The notes: generated from the sequence alone by a model not told the origin. Shown: positions 38,890 through 48,944, counted from the first letter of the stretch. The stretch: DNA of 64,000 bases from an uncultured Actinomycetota bacterium (GCA_963816485.1 CAWFKU010000004.1:642454-706453); one strand, 5' to 3'. Numbers and translations are program-made.

Positions 38890-39237
38890 ATGGGCGAGCA
38901 GGAGTACCTACCCGATGTGTATCTGAGTTTCCGGGACCGATTTCCGGCGGTGGCAGCCGCTGTGGACAAGCTCGCGGAATCCGCCGATGCAGCGGGCCCG
39001 CTGGACGAGCGGACCGTTCGCCTGGTAAAGCTCGGGCTAGCGGTCGGAGGTCTCGCCGAAGGCGCGGTGCGCTCCAACGCCCGCCGCGCGCTGAGCGCTG
39101 GGGCCACGCCAGCGGAGATCTGGCAGGTGGTGGCGCTGGCGGTGACCACGAGCGGGTTTCCCTCGGCTGTCGCTGCCTTCGGCTGGATCCGTGAGGTGCT
39201 CGAGCCGGCGGTGCCGGGGGTAGCCGACCGCAGCTGA
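38890..39237 (+). CDS. Carboxymuconolactone decarboxylase (AhpD-like) family protein
   Basis: ATG 38890 after GGAAGGAGG. LDERTVRLVKLGLAVGGLAEGAVRSNARRALSAGATPAEIWQVVALAVTTSGFPSAVAAFGWI. Confidence 0.7.
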   Translation: MGEQEYLPDVYLSFRDRFPAVAAAVDKLAESADAAGPLDERTVRLVKLGLAVGGLAEGAVRSNARRALSAGATPAEIWQVVALAVTTSGFPSAVAAFGWIREVLEPAVPGVADRS

Positions 39238-39349
39238 TGGGCCTGCGGCTTCAGCCGCGCATCGCGTGGCCGATGCTTTTCCGTTGGCCAGACGGCTTCC
39301 GTCGTCCTCGCCCTCGGCGTCTGTTGGTCTCGAAGTTGGTGGTTCTCCT

Positions 39350-40291
39350 TCACCGGGTGAAGCGTTCCCACCATTCCGGATCCGGACGGAACGGCGCTGC
39401 CGGCAGGCCGGTGGCATCGGTGTCCACCCGGTAGACCAGTCCGGCGGCCAGATCGGAGCGGCGCTGCTCGTCGGTCCAGCCCTCTGTCGCTGTCGTGACG
39501 AAGAGCCGGTGCAGGCCGGGGCCGCCGAAGGCACAGCACGTGCACTGCTGGGCCGGGATGGGGTACACGTCGCGCAGCGAGCCGTCGGGTGCGTAGTGGT
39601 TGACCCGCCCGCCGCCGTAGATCGCCACCCAGAGGTCACCCGCAGCGTCCACCGTCATCCCGTCTGGTGCTCCGATGTCTTCGGGCACGGTGACCAGGAC
39701 TCGCCCGGCGGAGATGGTGCCGCGATCACCGTCGAAGGTGAACGCGTGGACCACCCGCGGGCCGCTGTCCACTAGGTACATTGTCCGCCCGTCGGGGCTC
39801 CAGCCAATTCCGTTGGAGATCGTCAGGCCCTCGAGCACCACCTCGGTCCGCCCTGTCCGGTCCAGCCGGTAGAGCGCGCCCCCGCCGGTGTGGTGGTCGT
39901 CGGCCAGGGTCCCGCCCCAGAACCTGCCCTGGGGATCGCAGGCGCCGTCGTTCATGCGGGTCCCGGCCGGTGCGACCTGGGCGATGGTGCGGTGGGTGCC
40001 GTCGAGCGCGAGGTGAACGAAGCCGCGCCCGGCCCCCAGTACCCAGCCGTCGTCCCCCTGGATGGGAGCGATCATCCCGACCGTTCCAGGCAGCTGGTAG
40101 ACCCCGACGCGCTCGATCAGGCCGTCCTCGCGGAGCAGGCCCCGGGCGACCCGTCCGGCCAGGATGTCGACTGCCAGCAGCTCGCCGCGGCGGCCGTCCC
40201 ACCGGATGCCCTCACCGAGCTGAGTCTGCTCGGTATTGCAGGCGACTGCCTGGCCGTCTCGCAGGGGACCGTTTTTCGTGTTAGTTACCAT
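39350..40291 (-). CDS. SMP-30/gluconolactonase/LRE family protein (sugar lactonase)
   Basis: ATG 40291 after GGAGG. QLGEGIRWDGRRGELLAVDILAGRV..., NDGACDPQGRFWGGT, ISNGIGWSPDGRTMYLVDS, PDGMTVDAAGDLWVA. Last gene of the minus-strand operon. Confidence 0.85.
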   Translation of the reverse strand: MVTNTKNGPLRDGQAVACNTEQTQLGEGIRWDGRRGELLAVDILAGRVARGLLREDGLIERVGVYQLPGTVGMIAPIQGDDGWVLGAGRGFVHLALDGTHRTIAQVAPAGTRMNDGACDPQGRFWGGTLADDHHTGGGALYRLDRTGRTEVVLEGLTISNGIGWSPDGRTMYLVDSGPRVVHAFTFDGDRGTISAGRVLVTVPEDIGAPDGMTVDAAGDLWVAIYGGGRVNHYAPDGSLRDVYPIPAQQCTCCAFGGPGLHRLFVTTATEGWTDEQRRSDLAAGLVYRVDTDATGLPAAPFRPDPEWWERFTR

Positions 40292-40293
40292 TG

Positions 40294-41340
40294 TCAGCCT
40301 CCGAAGTCGACGACGACCTTGATGTCGTCTGGCCCGCGCTGCAGGGCGTCGGCGATGTTCTGGGGCGGGACCCGGCGGGAGATCAGCCGGGCCAGCCAGG
40401 CCCGGTCGGCCCGGGCCAGCTCCTCGGCGGCCCGGTAGAAGTGCCGCCGGTTGGCGTTGACCGAGCCGAGGACCACGTTGTTCTGCAGGACGACCTGTTT
40501 GGCGACGTCGGCCGTGGATAGCCCGCTCGGCGCCCCTCCGCTGCCCACTCCGGTGAGGCAGACCACCCCGCCGGCGCCGACGTGGCGGATCGAGTCGATG
40601 ATCACCGAGCCGACCCCGGTGCACTCGATCACGACATCGGGTTCGAGGCCCAGGGCGTCAATGGCCCCGGCATGGTAGGTAGCGCCGAGGTCGGAGACGA
40701 GCTGAGGCTTGGCGCCCTTGGTGACCTGGTCGAGGACGTGGACGTCGAGCCCGTGCTGGACGCCGATCAGGGCGGCGAGCATGCCGATCGGGCCGGCGCC
40801 GGTGACCAGCACGTGCCGGGGTTCCCAGAAGGCCCGCGCTCGCATGGCCGCGACCAGTTCCCAGGCCTTGGCCACCACGGTGGCCAGCTCGAGCAGCACG
40901 CCGAGGACGCCGAGGGAGGGGTCGAGCTTGGTGAAGTACCCGGGTTCGATCCGCCAGCGTTCGGACATGAACCCGTCGATCTGCTTGATGCCCCGCTCGG
41001 TGTACTGACCGTTGCGGCACATATCCCACTCACCGACGGCGCAGTTGGGGCAGGGCACCGGGTCGGGGCGCCGGACGATCCCGACGATAAGGTCGCCGGC
41101 CTGCAGCCCGCTGCGCGGCCCGGGATCCACGACCCGGCCGAGCGACTCGTGGCCGAGGATGAGCCGGTCCCGCCCGGGAGGCGCCCAGCCGTAGGCGCCC
41201 GAGGTGATCTCGACGTCCGTTCCGCAGATGCCGACGGCCACCGCCTCGACCAGGACCGAGCCGGTGCTCTGGTCCGGTTCGGGGACCTCCTCGAAGCGAA
41301 CCGACCCCGCGACGCCCGGCTGAACCGTTACTGCTTTCAT
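40294..41340 (-). CDS. Zinc-dependent MDR dehydrogenase, glucose 1-dehydrogenase-like
   Basis: MKAVTVQPG...VAVGICGTDVEITSGAYGWAPPGRDRLILGHESLGRVV..., CPNCAVGEWDMCRNGQYTERGI, VLVTGAGPIGMLAAL. Its stop lies 2 nt before the lactonase ATG, and its ATG overlaps the upstream stop. Confidence 0.8.
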   Translation of the reverse strand: MKAVTVQPGVAGSVRFEEVPEPDQSTGSVLVEAVAVGICGTDVEITSGAYGWAPPGRDRLILGHESLGRVVDPGPRSGLQAGDLIVGIVRRPDPVPCPNCAVGEWDMCRNGQYTERGIKQIDGFMSERWRIEPGYFTKLDPSLGVLGVLLELATVVAKAWELVAAMRARAFWEPRHVLVTGAGPIGMLAALIGVQHGLDVHVLDQVTKGAKPQLVSDLGATYHAGAIDALGLEPDVVIECTGVGSVIIDSIRHVGAGGVVCLTGVGSGGAPSGLSTADVAKQVVLQNNVVLGSVNANRRHFYRAAEELARADRAWLARLISRRVPPQNIADALQRGPDDIKVVVDFGG

Positions 41341-44300
41341 GACTGCTCCCCAGATAGTCTTTTTCGCTGGGCCGGAGGCGCGATCTGAATCACCGGGAGT
41401 TGAGCTCTCCGTCGCGGGAGAGCGGGCGCTGCCCCTCGCCCGGCGGGACGATCGGCCCGCAGCCGCGCGCATGACGGGCAGAGCTCGCGGTCCAGAAGGG
41501 CCGCCATGTGATCCGGCAGGCGATCGCGGATGAATTCCCGGTGCGCGGGCGTCTGCGTCGGCGCGCCGCATTCGCTACAGGTCAGCAGCGGCTGCTCGCA
41601 CACGACGGTTCCGGTGATGACCGTGCGGCGCACGAGGTCCGGCGCGGCGCCGCCGAGCGCGCCAGCCAACAGGTCGACCTCATCCTCGATCCGGATGGCG
41701 CCGGTCGGGCATACCTGGGTGCAGGCGCCGCAGCCGATGCACAGCTCGGCTGGGCGGGTGAAGTCGAAGTAGGCGAGCCGGCCGGCGTCGGTGTCTGACA
41801 TGCGCAGCGCGTCGACGCCCATCTCGCTGCAGGCTGCCATGCACAGGCCGCAGCCGATGCAGACGTCGCAGCGCAGGCAGCGGCGCGCCTCGTCGTGTGC
41901 CATCGCGTCAGTCAGGCCCTCCTCGATCTGGACGTAGTTGCCGAGGCCGACAACGTCGTCGGCGGTCCGCTCGGGCATCACGGCACGGGGCAGGTAGGTG
42001 CGATCGTCCGCCCCGACGGTCAGGGGAATGACGTCGGCGCGGCGTACTGGCGTGCCGGTGGCGACGTCCATGGGCTCCCCGCGCAGCCAGGCATCGATCG
42101 CGTTCGCGGCGATCTTCCCGGAGCGGATGGCCTCCACGACCGTCCGCGGGCCGTGCTCGACGTCGCCCCCGGCGTAGACGCCTGGCACCTTGGTCATCAG
42201 AGTCTTCGGGTCGGTGAGGATGAAGCCGTGGGTGGTCTCGACCTCGCTGCCGTGCAGGATCGTCAGGTCGGTGCCCTGACCGGTGGCGAGGATCACGTGG
42301 TCGCCCTCGAGCTTCAGCAGGCGGGCGGCGTCGAACTTCGGATCAAAGGCTCCGGTCTCGTCGTGGACCTGCTCGCAGAACTGGAAGGTGGTCTCGCCGT
42401 CCGCCCCGATCCGGACCGGGCCCCAGCCGGGGTGCAGTTGCACGCCTTCCCCGACGGCGTTCTCGATCTCGTGGGCGCTGGCCGGCATCTCGCGGCGGTT
42501 CTCAAGGGAGACCATGTCGACATGCGTTGCGCCTTGGCGCAGGGCCGTCAAGGCGACGTCGATCGCGACGTTGCCGCCGCCGACGACGATCACCCGCGGC
42601 CCTACCCGGACCGGCTGGCCGCTGCGCACGTCCCGAAGGAAATCGATGCCCCCGAGCACGAAGGGCTGATGGACACCTTCGATCGGGATCAGGCGCGAGC
42701 GCTGGGTGCCGAGGCCGAGGAACACGGCGTCGTAGTTCTTGCGGAAGGCATCGAGGCTGCCGACCTCGGCACTGGTGCGGATCGCGATGCCCAGCGCCCG
42801 GATCTGGTTGAGCTCCTGGTCGAGGAGGTCGGGCGGCAGGCGGTAGGCCGGAATGCCGTAGCGCAGCATTCCGCCGGCCTTCTCCTGCTCCTCCAAGATC
42901 TCGACCTCGTGACCGAAGGTGCGCAGGTAGTAGGCAGCGGTGAGGCCGGCTGGGCCGAGCCGGCGATGCCGATCCGCTTGCCGCTGTCCGGCGCGATCTC
43001 GGGTTTCGGGTAGCCGCCGTCGGCGAGGCAGTGCTCGGCCGCCTTGGCCTTCATCGGCCGGATGAACACGGCGCCGTTGCTGTCGCCGCGAACGCAGGCC
43101 GATTCGCACGGCGCCGGGCAGACCAGGCCGCAGGTCAGCGGCAGCGGGTTGTCACGCCTGATGACCTCGATCGCCGCCCGGTAGTCGCCATGGCCGATGT
43201 GAGCGATGAAGCTCGGGATGTCGATGTTGGCCGGGCACGTGCCGTGACACGGCGCGGCCTGGTGCTCGAAGCACAGCCCCTCCGGGCAGGACTCGCGCCG
43301 GGCGTGACGCTCCCACTGCTGGCGGTAGTAGCGCAGCGAGCTGCCCAGCGGCCACGCGGCCGCCAGCCCCTGCGTGCCCAGCTCGAGCGCGACTTCGTCG
43401 AGTGCTCGGAGATCGGCGGCGTCACCGCGGCCGAGCGTTAGCTCGGCCACCAGGCGGCCGGCCCGGGCGAGCAGGGGCCGCACCGGATCGCCTTCGGCGT
43501 TGTCGGCGAGCTGCCAGTGCCGGTAGAGCGCGCGGCGCGTCTGGCGCAGCAGGCACGCGCCCTCGGCCATCACCATCAGCGTGGACGGCACGGGCTCGAC
43601 GCCGGCGGAGGCGAGCGACAGCGGCCGGCATGACACGTCGGCCTCGGACAGCGGTAGGAAGCCGCCCAGGCCGTCGTCGAACACGAGCACCGGGTCCTGG
43701 CCCGCCACCTCAACGCCACCACCCCAGGCGTCGATCTGCCGGCGCAGGCTCTGTGACTGGGCGAGCTCGACCAGGCCGCGCTGCTTGATGCCGCGCCGCA
43801 GCGTCAGCAACGACGCCCCGGGGCCCGACGCGCCGGCGAACAGCAGGGCGATCCGGCACCAGGTCTCAGGCGTGTGGATGAGCCGCGAGGCGTCGTTGGG
43901 CGGTCCCTCCGCCCACGGGCCGGGGTGGCTGTCGCGCTGCACGGTCAGCTGCATGCGGGGCGTGGTGACGTGGGCGAGCGAACGGATCGCGTCGACGGCG
44001 TTCAGGAGGGCGGCTTCGTGACCGTTCAGCTCGGCCGGGAGGCGCAACTGGACCTCGCGGCTGTCGCGCAGGCCAGCGGCGATCAGCACCCCCTCGGCCA
44101 GCAGCCGCGGAGCGCCATCGAGGACCGCGGCTGTGCCGCGGGCGCGCGGATCGAGGCCGGTGGCATCGATCACCAGTACCGTAGGGCCGATGCCGCGCAG
44201 AAACCGGCGCCAGGCCACAGAGACCGGCTCGCCCGCACGGCTGCTCTCCGCGAGGCCCGACTCCTGCACGCGCTGCAACCGCTGCAACGGCGTCAGCTCC

Positions 44301-44416
44301 CGCGCCTGGGCCAGGCCCGGCAACGCGCCGGCGAGCGTGGCCGCCGGCGGCACAGGACCGACCAGGGCGGCGGCGCCCGGGTCAAGCCAGCTCGGCAGCG
44401 TCTGGACCGCGCTCAT
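41337..44416 (-). pseudogene. Fusion oxidoreductase: degenerate NuoF/RnfC-like N-domain + GltD-like (4Fe-4S + FAD/NAD(P)) + C-terminal 2x[4Fe-4S] ferredoxin. Reading frame broken once near 42955
   Basis: ORF 42689..44632 (ATG 44416) ends in out-of-frame text after GKRIGIAGS. ORF 41337..43109 continues with PAGLTAAYYLRTFGHEVEILEEQEKAGGMLRYGIPAYRLP..., IVVGGGNVAIDVA, VYAGGD, then CLRCDVCIGCGLC and CIGCGACTQVCP. One missing base in ggctcggcccagcc (expected GSGPAG) restores a single ~1026-aa ORF. This is either a genuine frameshift or a homopolymer sequencing error. Confidence 0.75.
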
Positions 44417-44940
44417 GGCGAGGTGTCCTCGCCGCCCGGCGGCTCGGCGAGGATGTGCCGGGCGTAGCGCTCGCGGCGCGGGTCCGGCAGCTCGTTGGCC
44501 TCGCCGAAGGACAGGCAACCGGTCACGCACTTGGTGACGCAGGCGGGCTGCAGCCCGGCGTCGAGCCGGTCCATGCAGTAATCGCACTTGACCACCTTGT
44601 TCGTGGCGGGGTCCCACTGCGGAGTGCCCCACGGACAGGCCGCGATACAGCTCTTGCAGCCGATGCAGAGGCTGTCCTCGACAAACACGATGCCGTCCTT
44701 CTCACGTTTTTGCATCGCGCCGGTCGGGCACGCCCGGACGCACCACGGGTCTTCGCAGTGGAAGCACGGCATGAACACGAAGCGGGTCAGGGGCAGTCCG
44801 TCGGCCTCGACCGGTTCCAGCGCGATGACCCGGCACGGATCGGGGCCGGGACCGAGCTGCTTGTTGGTCTTGCAATGGACTTCGCAGGCCAGGCACCCGA
44901 TGCAGTTGGCCTCGTCGTGGCGAAGCTCGTATTTGCTCAT
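44413..44940 (-). CDS. 4Fe-4S dicluster subunit (DmsB/PsrB-like electron-transfer subunit)
   Basis: CIGCLACEVHC, CFHCEDPWCVRACP, CIGCKSCIAACP, CDYC...CVTKC. ATGA-type overlaps with both neighbours. Confidence 0.85.
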   Translation of the reverse strand: MSKYELRHDEANCIGCLACEVHCKTNKQLGPGPDPCRVIALEPVEADGLPLTRFVFMPCFHCEDPWCVRACPTGAMQKREKDGIVFVEDSLCIGCKSCIAACPWGTPQWDPATNKVVKCDYCMDRLDAGLQPACVTKCVTGCLSFGEANELPDPRRERYARHILAEPPGGEDTSP

Positions 44941-47090
44941 CCGGCTGCTCCTTCCGGTGTCCGGCGCCTCACCTGCACGACCGTCTCGGTCAGCGCATTG
45001 CCGCCGCCGGCGGGATCGAAGTCGTAGAGCTTGCCGTGCTGCAGGCGCTGGTCGGCGACGCCGAGGCCGCGGGCGCGGGTGGCGAGTGGCACCGTGGCGC
45101 CGTAGCCGTGCAACATGAACACCGCGTCGGGATGGATCCAGCGGGTGACCTTCGCCGGCAGGCAGCCGGTGTAGCGGCCACCGCCGTTGACCTCCACCTC
45201 GTCGCCGTCGGCGATCCCGAGCGCCGCGGCACGGTCGGGGTGGATCCAGAGCACCTGTTTGGGTGCTCTCTCGTTGAGCAGGGGATTGTTGAGCGACTGG
45301 CCCTGCGCGAGCGTCGCCGTCTTCGCGAACAGCAGCGTGAACTTCTCGCCCGTCGGCGCATCTTTGGGGACGTACGCCGGCAGGCTCTCAAGCCCGGCCT
45401 GCTTGAGGACCTCGCTCTCGATCTCGATCTTCCCTGAGGGCGTCGGGAACGTGAGCTCGTCGCGGGGGATCAGTTTCGGAGCCGCCGCCAAGCCGACCAG
45501 GCCGGCCTCGCGCATCTTCGAGACGGTGACGCCGGTGCCATCGAGCTGGTAATTCCACAGCTCCTCGATGGTCTCGAAGTCAAGCGCCTGTCTGATGCCC
45601 ATCCGGTGCAGGATCTCGCGGAAGATCCACCACGCCGGGCGGCTGTCGAAGCGCGGTGCGATCGCCTGGTCGCGCATGGCGAAGACCGGCACCGGGCCGT
45701 TCATCTGGCAGAGGATGTTCGCGCGCTCCAGGTAGGTCGACTCGGGGAGGATGACGTCGGCGAACCAGCCCAGTTCCGAGTAGCGCACGTCGATCGAGAC
45801 GAGCAGCTTCAGCTTCTCGATCGCCCGTTGCGTCGCCTCCGGGTCGGGCATGCCGGTGAACGGGTCGTGGCGGTAGGCGAAGTAGGCGCCGATCCCGTAC
45901 GGCTGCCCCGTCTCCATCGCGGCGAAGGCCTGATGCAGCATGCCGATCGCCGGATCCCATTGCGGCCGCTTGCCGCCAGCGCCATCCACGCGCGGCTCCC
46001 TGACCTCCGGCACCCGATCTATCAGATGGTTCAAGCCCTTGCGGCCGTAGTGCTCGGGCGGCTTCCCCAGCACGCATCCACCCGGAAGCTCGATGTTGCC
46101 CATCAGCGCGTTCAGGATCAGCGCCGACCGGCTCACGTAAAACGACTGCTTGTGACGAGCTGACATCCACCCCGGATGGAAGATCACATGTGGTGCGTCC
46201 GCAGCGATCTCGGTCACGAACGCGCGAAGCTCGGCGGCGGGAACGCCGGTGTGCGGCTCCTGCCACTCCGGCGTTGTGTCCTTAACCGCCTCCCGCAGGT
46301 AGTCCAGGCCGGAGACGAAACGGGCGACGAAGTCCTTGTCGTAGGCATCCTGCCTCAGGACCTCATGGATTATGGCGAGGTTCAGCGCGTAGTCGCTCTT
46401 CGGTCGCACCTGCCAGTAGCGGGTGGCCTTGGACGCCGTGATCGTGGCGCGCGGATCGATGTAGGTGCAGCGCATCCCCCTCGCCACCGCGGCCATGAAC
46501 GCCTTAGCCTCCTTGACCATCAGCGATTCGACGACATTGCGGCCGTAGAGCACGAGATGCTTGCAGTGCTGGTAGTCGAACAAGAGCCCTGCGGCGCCGA
46601 AGCCGTAGAGCGAGCGTGTGGCGTTATGAACATTGCCGGCGCAAGCGGCATCGTGATCGAAGTAGTTCGGCGAGCCAAGCGCCCGAACGAAGGTCTGGGT
46701 CAGGTCAGTAAAGGGGCCGCCACGATCGGAAAGCGCGATACCGCGCCCGCCGAAGACATCGATCGTCTCAGTCAGCTTCTCGGCGATGTAGTCGAGGGCC
46801 TCGTCCCAGGACACCCGCCGCCACTGGCCGCCGCCACGCTCGCCAGCACGGATCAGCGGCGCCTGCGGCCGCTCGTCGTCAGACTCCAGAAACAGGCCGG
46901 CCGCGCCCTTCGCGCACAGGCTGGCGCCGAGGGCCCGGTCGTGCGTATTGCCCTGCAGCCAGGTCACACGGCCGTCCTCGACCGTCACCTCCATCGGGCA
47001 ACGCACCGCGCACATGCCGCACATGCTGTAGACCGTGCGCCGGCCTGGAGCACCCACGCCGCTTACGTTCGGTGCCATAGGGGAAGTCAT
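44937..47090 (-). CDS. Molybdopterin (bis-PGD) oxidoreductase catalytic subunit, cytoplasmic (no Tat signal), substrate unknown
   Basis: ATG 47090 after GGAG. The N-terminal FS0 motif is CGMCAVRC...CAKG. A candidate Mo-ligand Cys is in FDHDAACAGNVHNATRSLYG. The C-terminal beta-barrel region reads LWIHPDRAAALGIADGDEVEV. No RRxF(L/V)K twin-arginine motif upstream. Confidence 0.85.
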   Translation of the reverse strand: MTSPMAPNVSGVGAPGRRTVYSMCGMCAVRCPMEVTVEDGRVTWLQGNTHDRALGASLCAKGAAGLFLESDDERPQAPLIRAGERGGGQWRRVSWDEALDYIAEKLTETIDVFGGRGIALSDRGGPFTDLTQTFVRALGSPNYFDHDAACAGNVHNATRSLYGFGAAGLLFDYQHCKHLVLYGRNVVESLMVKEAKAFMAAVARGMRCTYIDPRATITASKATRYWQVRPKSDYALNLAIIHEVLRQDAYDKDFVARFVSGLDYLREAVKDTTPEWQEPHTGVPAAELRAFVTEIAADAPHVIFHPGWMSARHKQSFYVSRSALILNALMGNIELPGGCVLGKPPEHYGRKGLNHLIDRVPEVREPRVDGAGGKRPQWDPAIGMLHQAFAAMETGQPYGIGAYFAYRHDPFTGMPDPEATQRAIEKLKLLVSIDVRYSELGWFADVILPESTYLERANILCQMNGPVPVFAMRDQAIAPRFDSRPAWWIFREILHRMGIRQALDFETIEELWNYQLDGTGVTVSKMREAGLVGLAAAPKLIPRDELTFPTPSGKIEIESEVLKQAGLESLPAYVPKDAPTGEKFTLLFAKTATLAQGQSLNNPLLNERAPKQVLWIHPDRAAALGIADGDEVEVNGGGRYTGCLPAKVTRWIHPDAVFMLHGYGATVPLATRARGLGVADQRLQHGKLYDFDPAGGGNALTETVVQVRRRTPEGAAG

Positions 47091-47636
47091 CGCAATCTCC
47101 GTCCCCGCGCCGCCATTGGCGTCAGGCCTCCGGGCCGCGCGGCGCTTGGCTGGCGGTGTACTTGTCCTCGCATCGATCGATCGTGGCACCCTCCCGGAAT
47201 GGCAGGCAGGGCCGTAGCGCCTGCTCCAAGGGGACCAATGGCCTCGCGAGGACCGGGGCGGCGAGGCAGCCGGGTAGGCGGGGGACTGTGCATCCGCGAC
47301 AGGGCGTCGGCACGCCCAGGGTCGTCGCCGTCGGCGGCGGCAATATCGTCGAGGCTTGGGCTTCGAAATCATGGTGGCCGAGGCCGAGGTGGCCGAGGAC
47401 GCGGGCGCCACTCAGTAAGCCCAGGCTCCCTTCAGGCACCCGATGAGCCGGGAGATCGCCGGCTCCCCAGGTCGCCGATCTCGTGGCCGGACCGCAGGTC
47501 CTTGACCAGGAGTATGGCCGTCCGATCTGGGCATCGACAACACCGGGCACTAGGAGGAGGTACCTATCCCGGCCGACGTCAACAGCACGCTGCAGACCGG
47601 CGGCGACGTGCCAGTGGAGGAAGCTGGCGGCATGTA

Positions 47637-48944
47637 ATGTCTTTCTCGCCAACTTCCAGCAAAAGGGGCCTGGCAGTGGATACTGGCCTTGCGCTTGTCG
47701 GTCTGACGCTGCTGCTCGTCGCCGCGGTATCCCGACCTCTGTCGAGCACGCCCATCACGCCCGCGATCGTGGTGGTCGCGGTCGGTGTTCTGGTCGGCCC
47801 GCTCGTGCTTAACGACCTGACGGTGCGACCCACGAGCTCGACGGTGCAGACACTCGCCGACGCGACGCTCGCGGTGGTGCTGTTCTCGGATTCCTCGCGC
47901 GTGAACCTGCGGGCGCTGCGGCGTGAGGCGTCGATGCCTGTCCGCTTGCTTGGCCTCGGTCTGCCGCTGACGATCGTGCTGGGTGGGCTGATCGCGGTTG
48001 CCCTGTTCGGCTCGTTCTCGATCAGCGAGGCGCTGATCCTTGGCGTGATCCTCGCTCCGACCGACGCCGGGCTTGGTAGCGCGGTCGTCACGGACACGAG
48101 GCTTCCGCAAGTTGTTCGGCAGTCGCTGAACGTCGAGAGCGGCCTGAACGACGGGATCTGCGTCCCGCTGCTGTTGATCGTGCTGGCTACCGTCTCCGGC
48201 GCTGGCAGCGAGTCCCACCCGTTGCGGGTGCTCGCCGAGGAGATCGGCTACGGGCTGCTCGGCGGGCTCGCTGCTGGCGCGCTCGCCGCGGCGGTTGTGA
48301 TCCTTGCCGGACGACGGCACTTGATCGACGATGCTTGGCGGCAGATCATTCCGTTGTCCTCAGCGGTGCTCGCGTACGGGATCGCGAACGCCCTGGGCGG
48401 TTCGGGATTCATCGCCGCGTTCGTAGCCGGCGCACTGTTCGGCCTGCTCGCTGGCGACCGAGCCGCGGGAATGATGCCCTTCACGGAGGAAGCCGGGGCC
48501 GCGCTCGACAACGTTACGTTCCTCGTGTTCGGTGCCGTGCTGCTCGGCCCGGCGTTCGAGCATATGAGCTGGCAGATCGCGCTGTATGCCGTGCTGAGCC
48601 TCACGGTCGTGCGGATGTTGCCGGTGGCGATCTCGCTGTGGGGCACTCACGCGCGGGTTCCGACGGTCGCGTTCATTGGCTGGTTTGGCCCGCGCGGGCT
48701 TGCGTCGATCGTGTTCGCGGTGATCGTCGAGGACGCGCATCTCCCTCACGCCGGGACGATCGTCGCGGTCAGCTACCTGACCGTCGGGCTGTCGGTCCTA
48801 GTACACGGGCTTTCGGCCGCGCCGCTGGTAAGTCGCTATGCCAGCTGGTACCAAGCCGCCGCGGAGAAGAGCCCTCCTGTGATGGAGAGCCAGCCAGCGC
48901 ACGAGCACCGGGCGCGGGGATCCGCCGCGGTGCCGAGCAGGTGA
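47637..48944 (+). CDS. Cation:proton antiporter (CPA1, Na+/H+ exchanger family)
   Basis: C-terminal part of ORF 46176..48944. ATG 47637 (or GTG 47676). LILGVILAPTDAGLG, SGLNDGICVPLL, WFGPRGLASIVFA. About 12 TM segments. Confidence 0.8.
   Translation: MSFSPTSSKRGLAVDTGLALVGLTLLLVAAVSRPLSSTPITPAIVVVAVGVLVGPLVLNDLTVRPTSSTVQTLADATLAVVLFSDSSRVNLRALRREASMPVRLLGLGLPLTIVLGGLIAVALFGSFSISEALILGVILAPTDAGLGSAVVTDTRLPQVVRQSLNVESGLNDGICVPLLLIVLATVSGAGSESHPLRVLAEEIGYGLLGGLAAGALAAAVVILAGRRHLIDDAWRQIIPLSSAVLAYGIANALGGSGFIAAFVAGALFGLLAGDRAAGMMPFTEEAGAALDNVTFLVFGAVLLGPAFEHMSWQIALYAVLSLTVVRMLPVAISLWGTHARVPTVAFIGWFGPRGLASIVFAVIVEDAHLPHAGTIVAVSYLTVGLSVLVHGLSAAPLVSRYASWYQAAAEKSPPVMESQPAHEHRARGSAAVPSR

Noticed and set aside
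44937-47411. Longer start (824 aa) and a possible Tat leader for the Mo subunit
   Set aside because: The upstream in-frame sequence is Arg/Ala/Pro-rich. It has no RRxFLK motif followed by a hydrophobic h-region. ATG 47090 has a proper GGAG RBS, and the FS0 cysteine motif follows about 24 aa later, as in cytoplasmic family members.
46176-47636. N-terminal 487 codons of the 922-aa ORF 46176..48944
   Set aside because: This part is antisense to the Mo-oxidoreductase gene and reads as low-complexity Arg/Gly-rich text. Only the distal part, from ATG 47637, has transporter features.
47091-47636. 546-bp gap between the Mo operon and the antiporter. Looked for a regulator or chaperone gene (FdhD/TorD-like) or a small ORF such as MVAEAEVAEDAGATQ
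   Set aside because: No frame gives a protein-like translation longer than about 30 aa, and only short ambiguous pieces appear (for example ILLVKDLRSGHEIGDLG on the minus strand). It is treated as a divergent promoter region, possibly containing gene debris.
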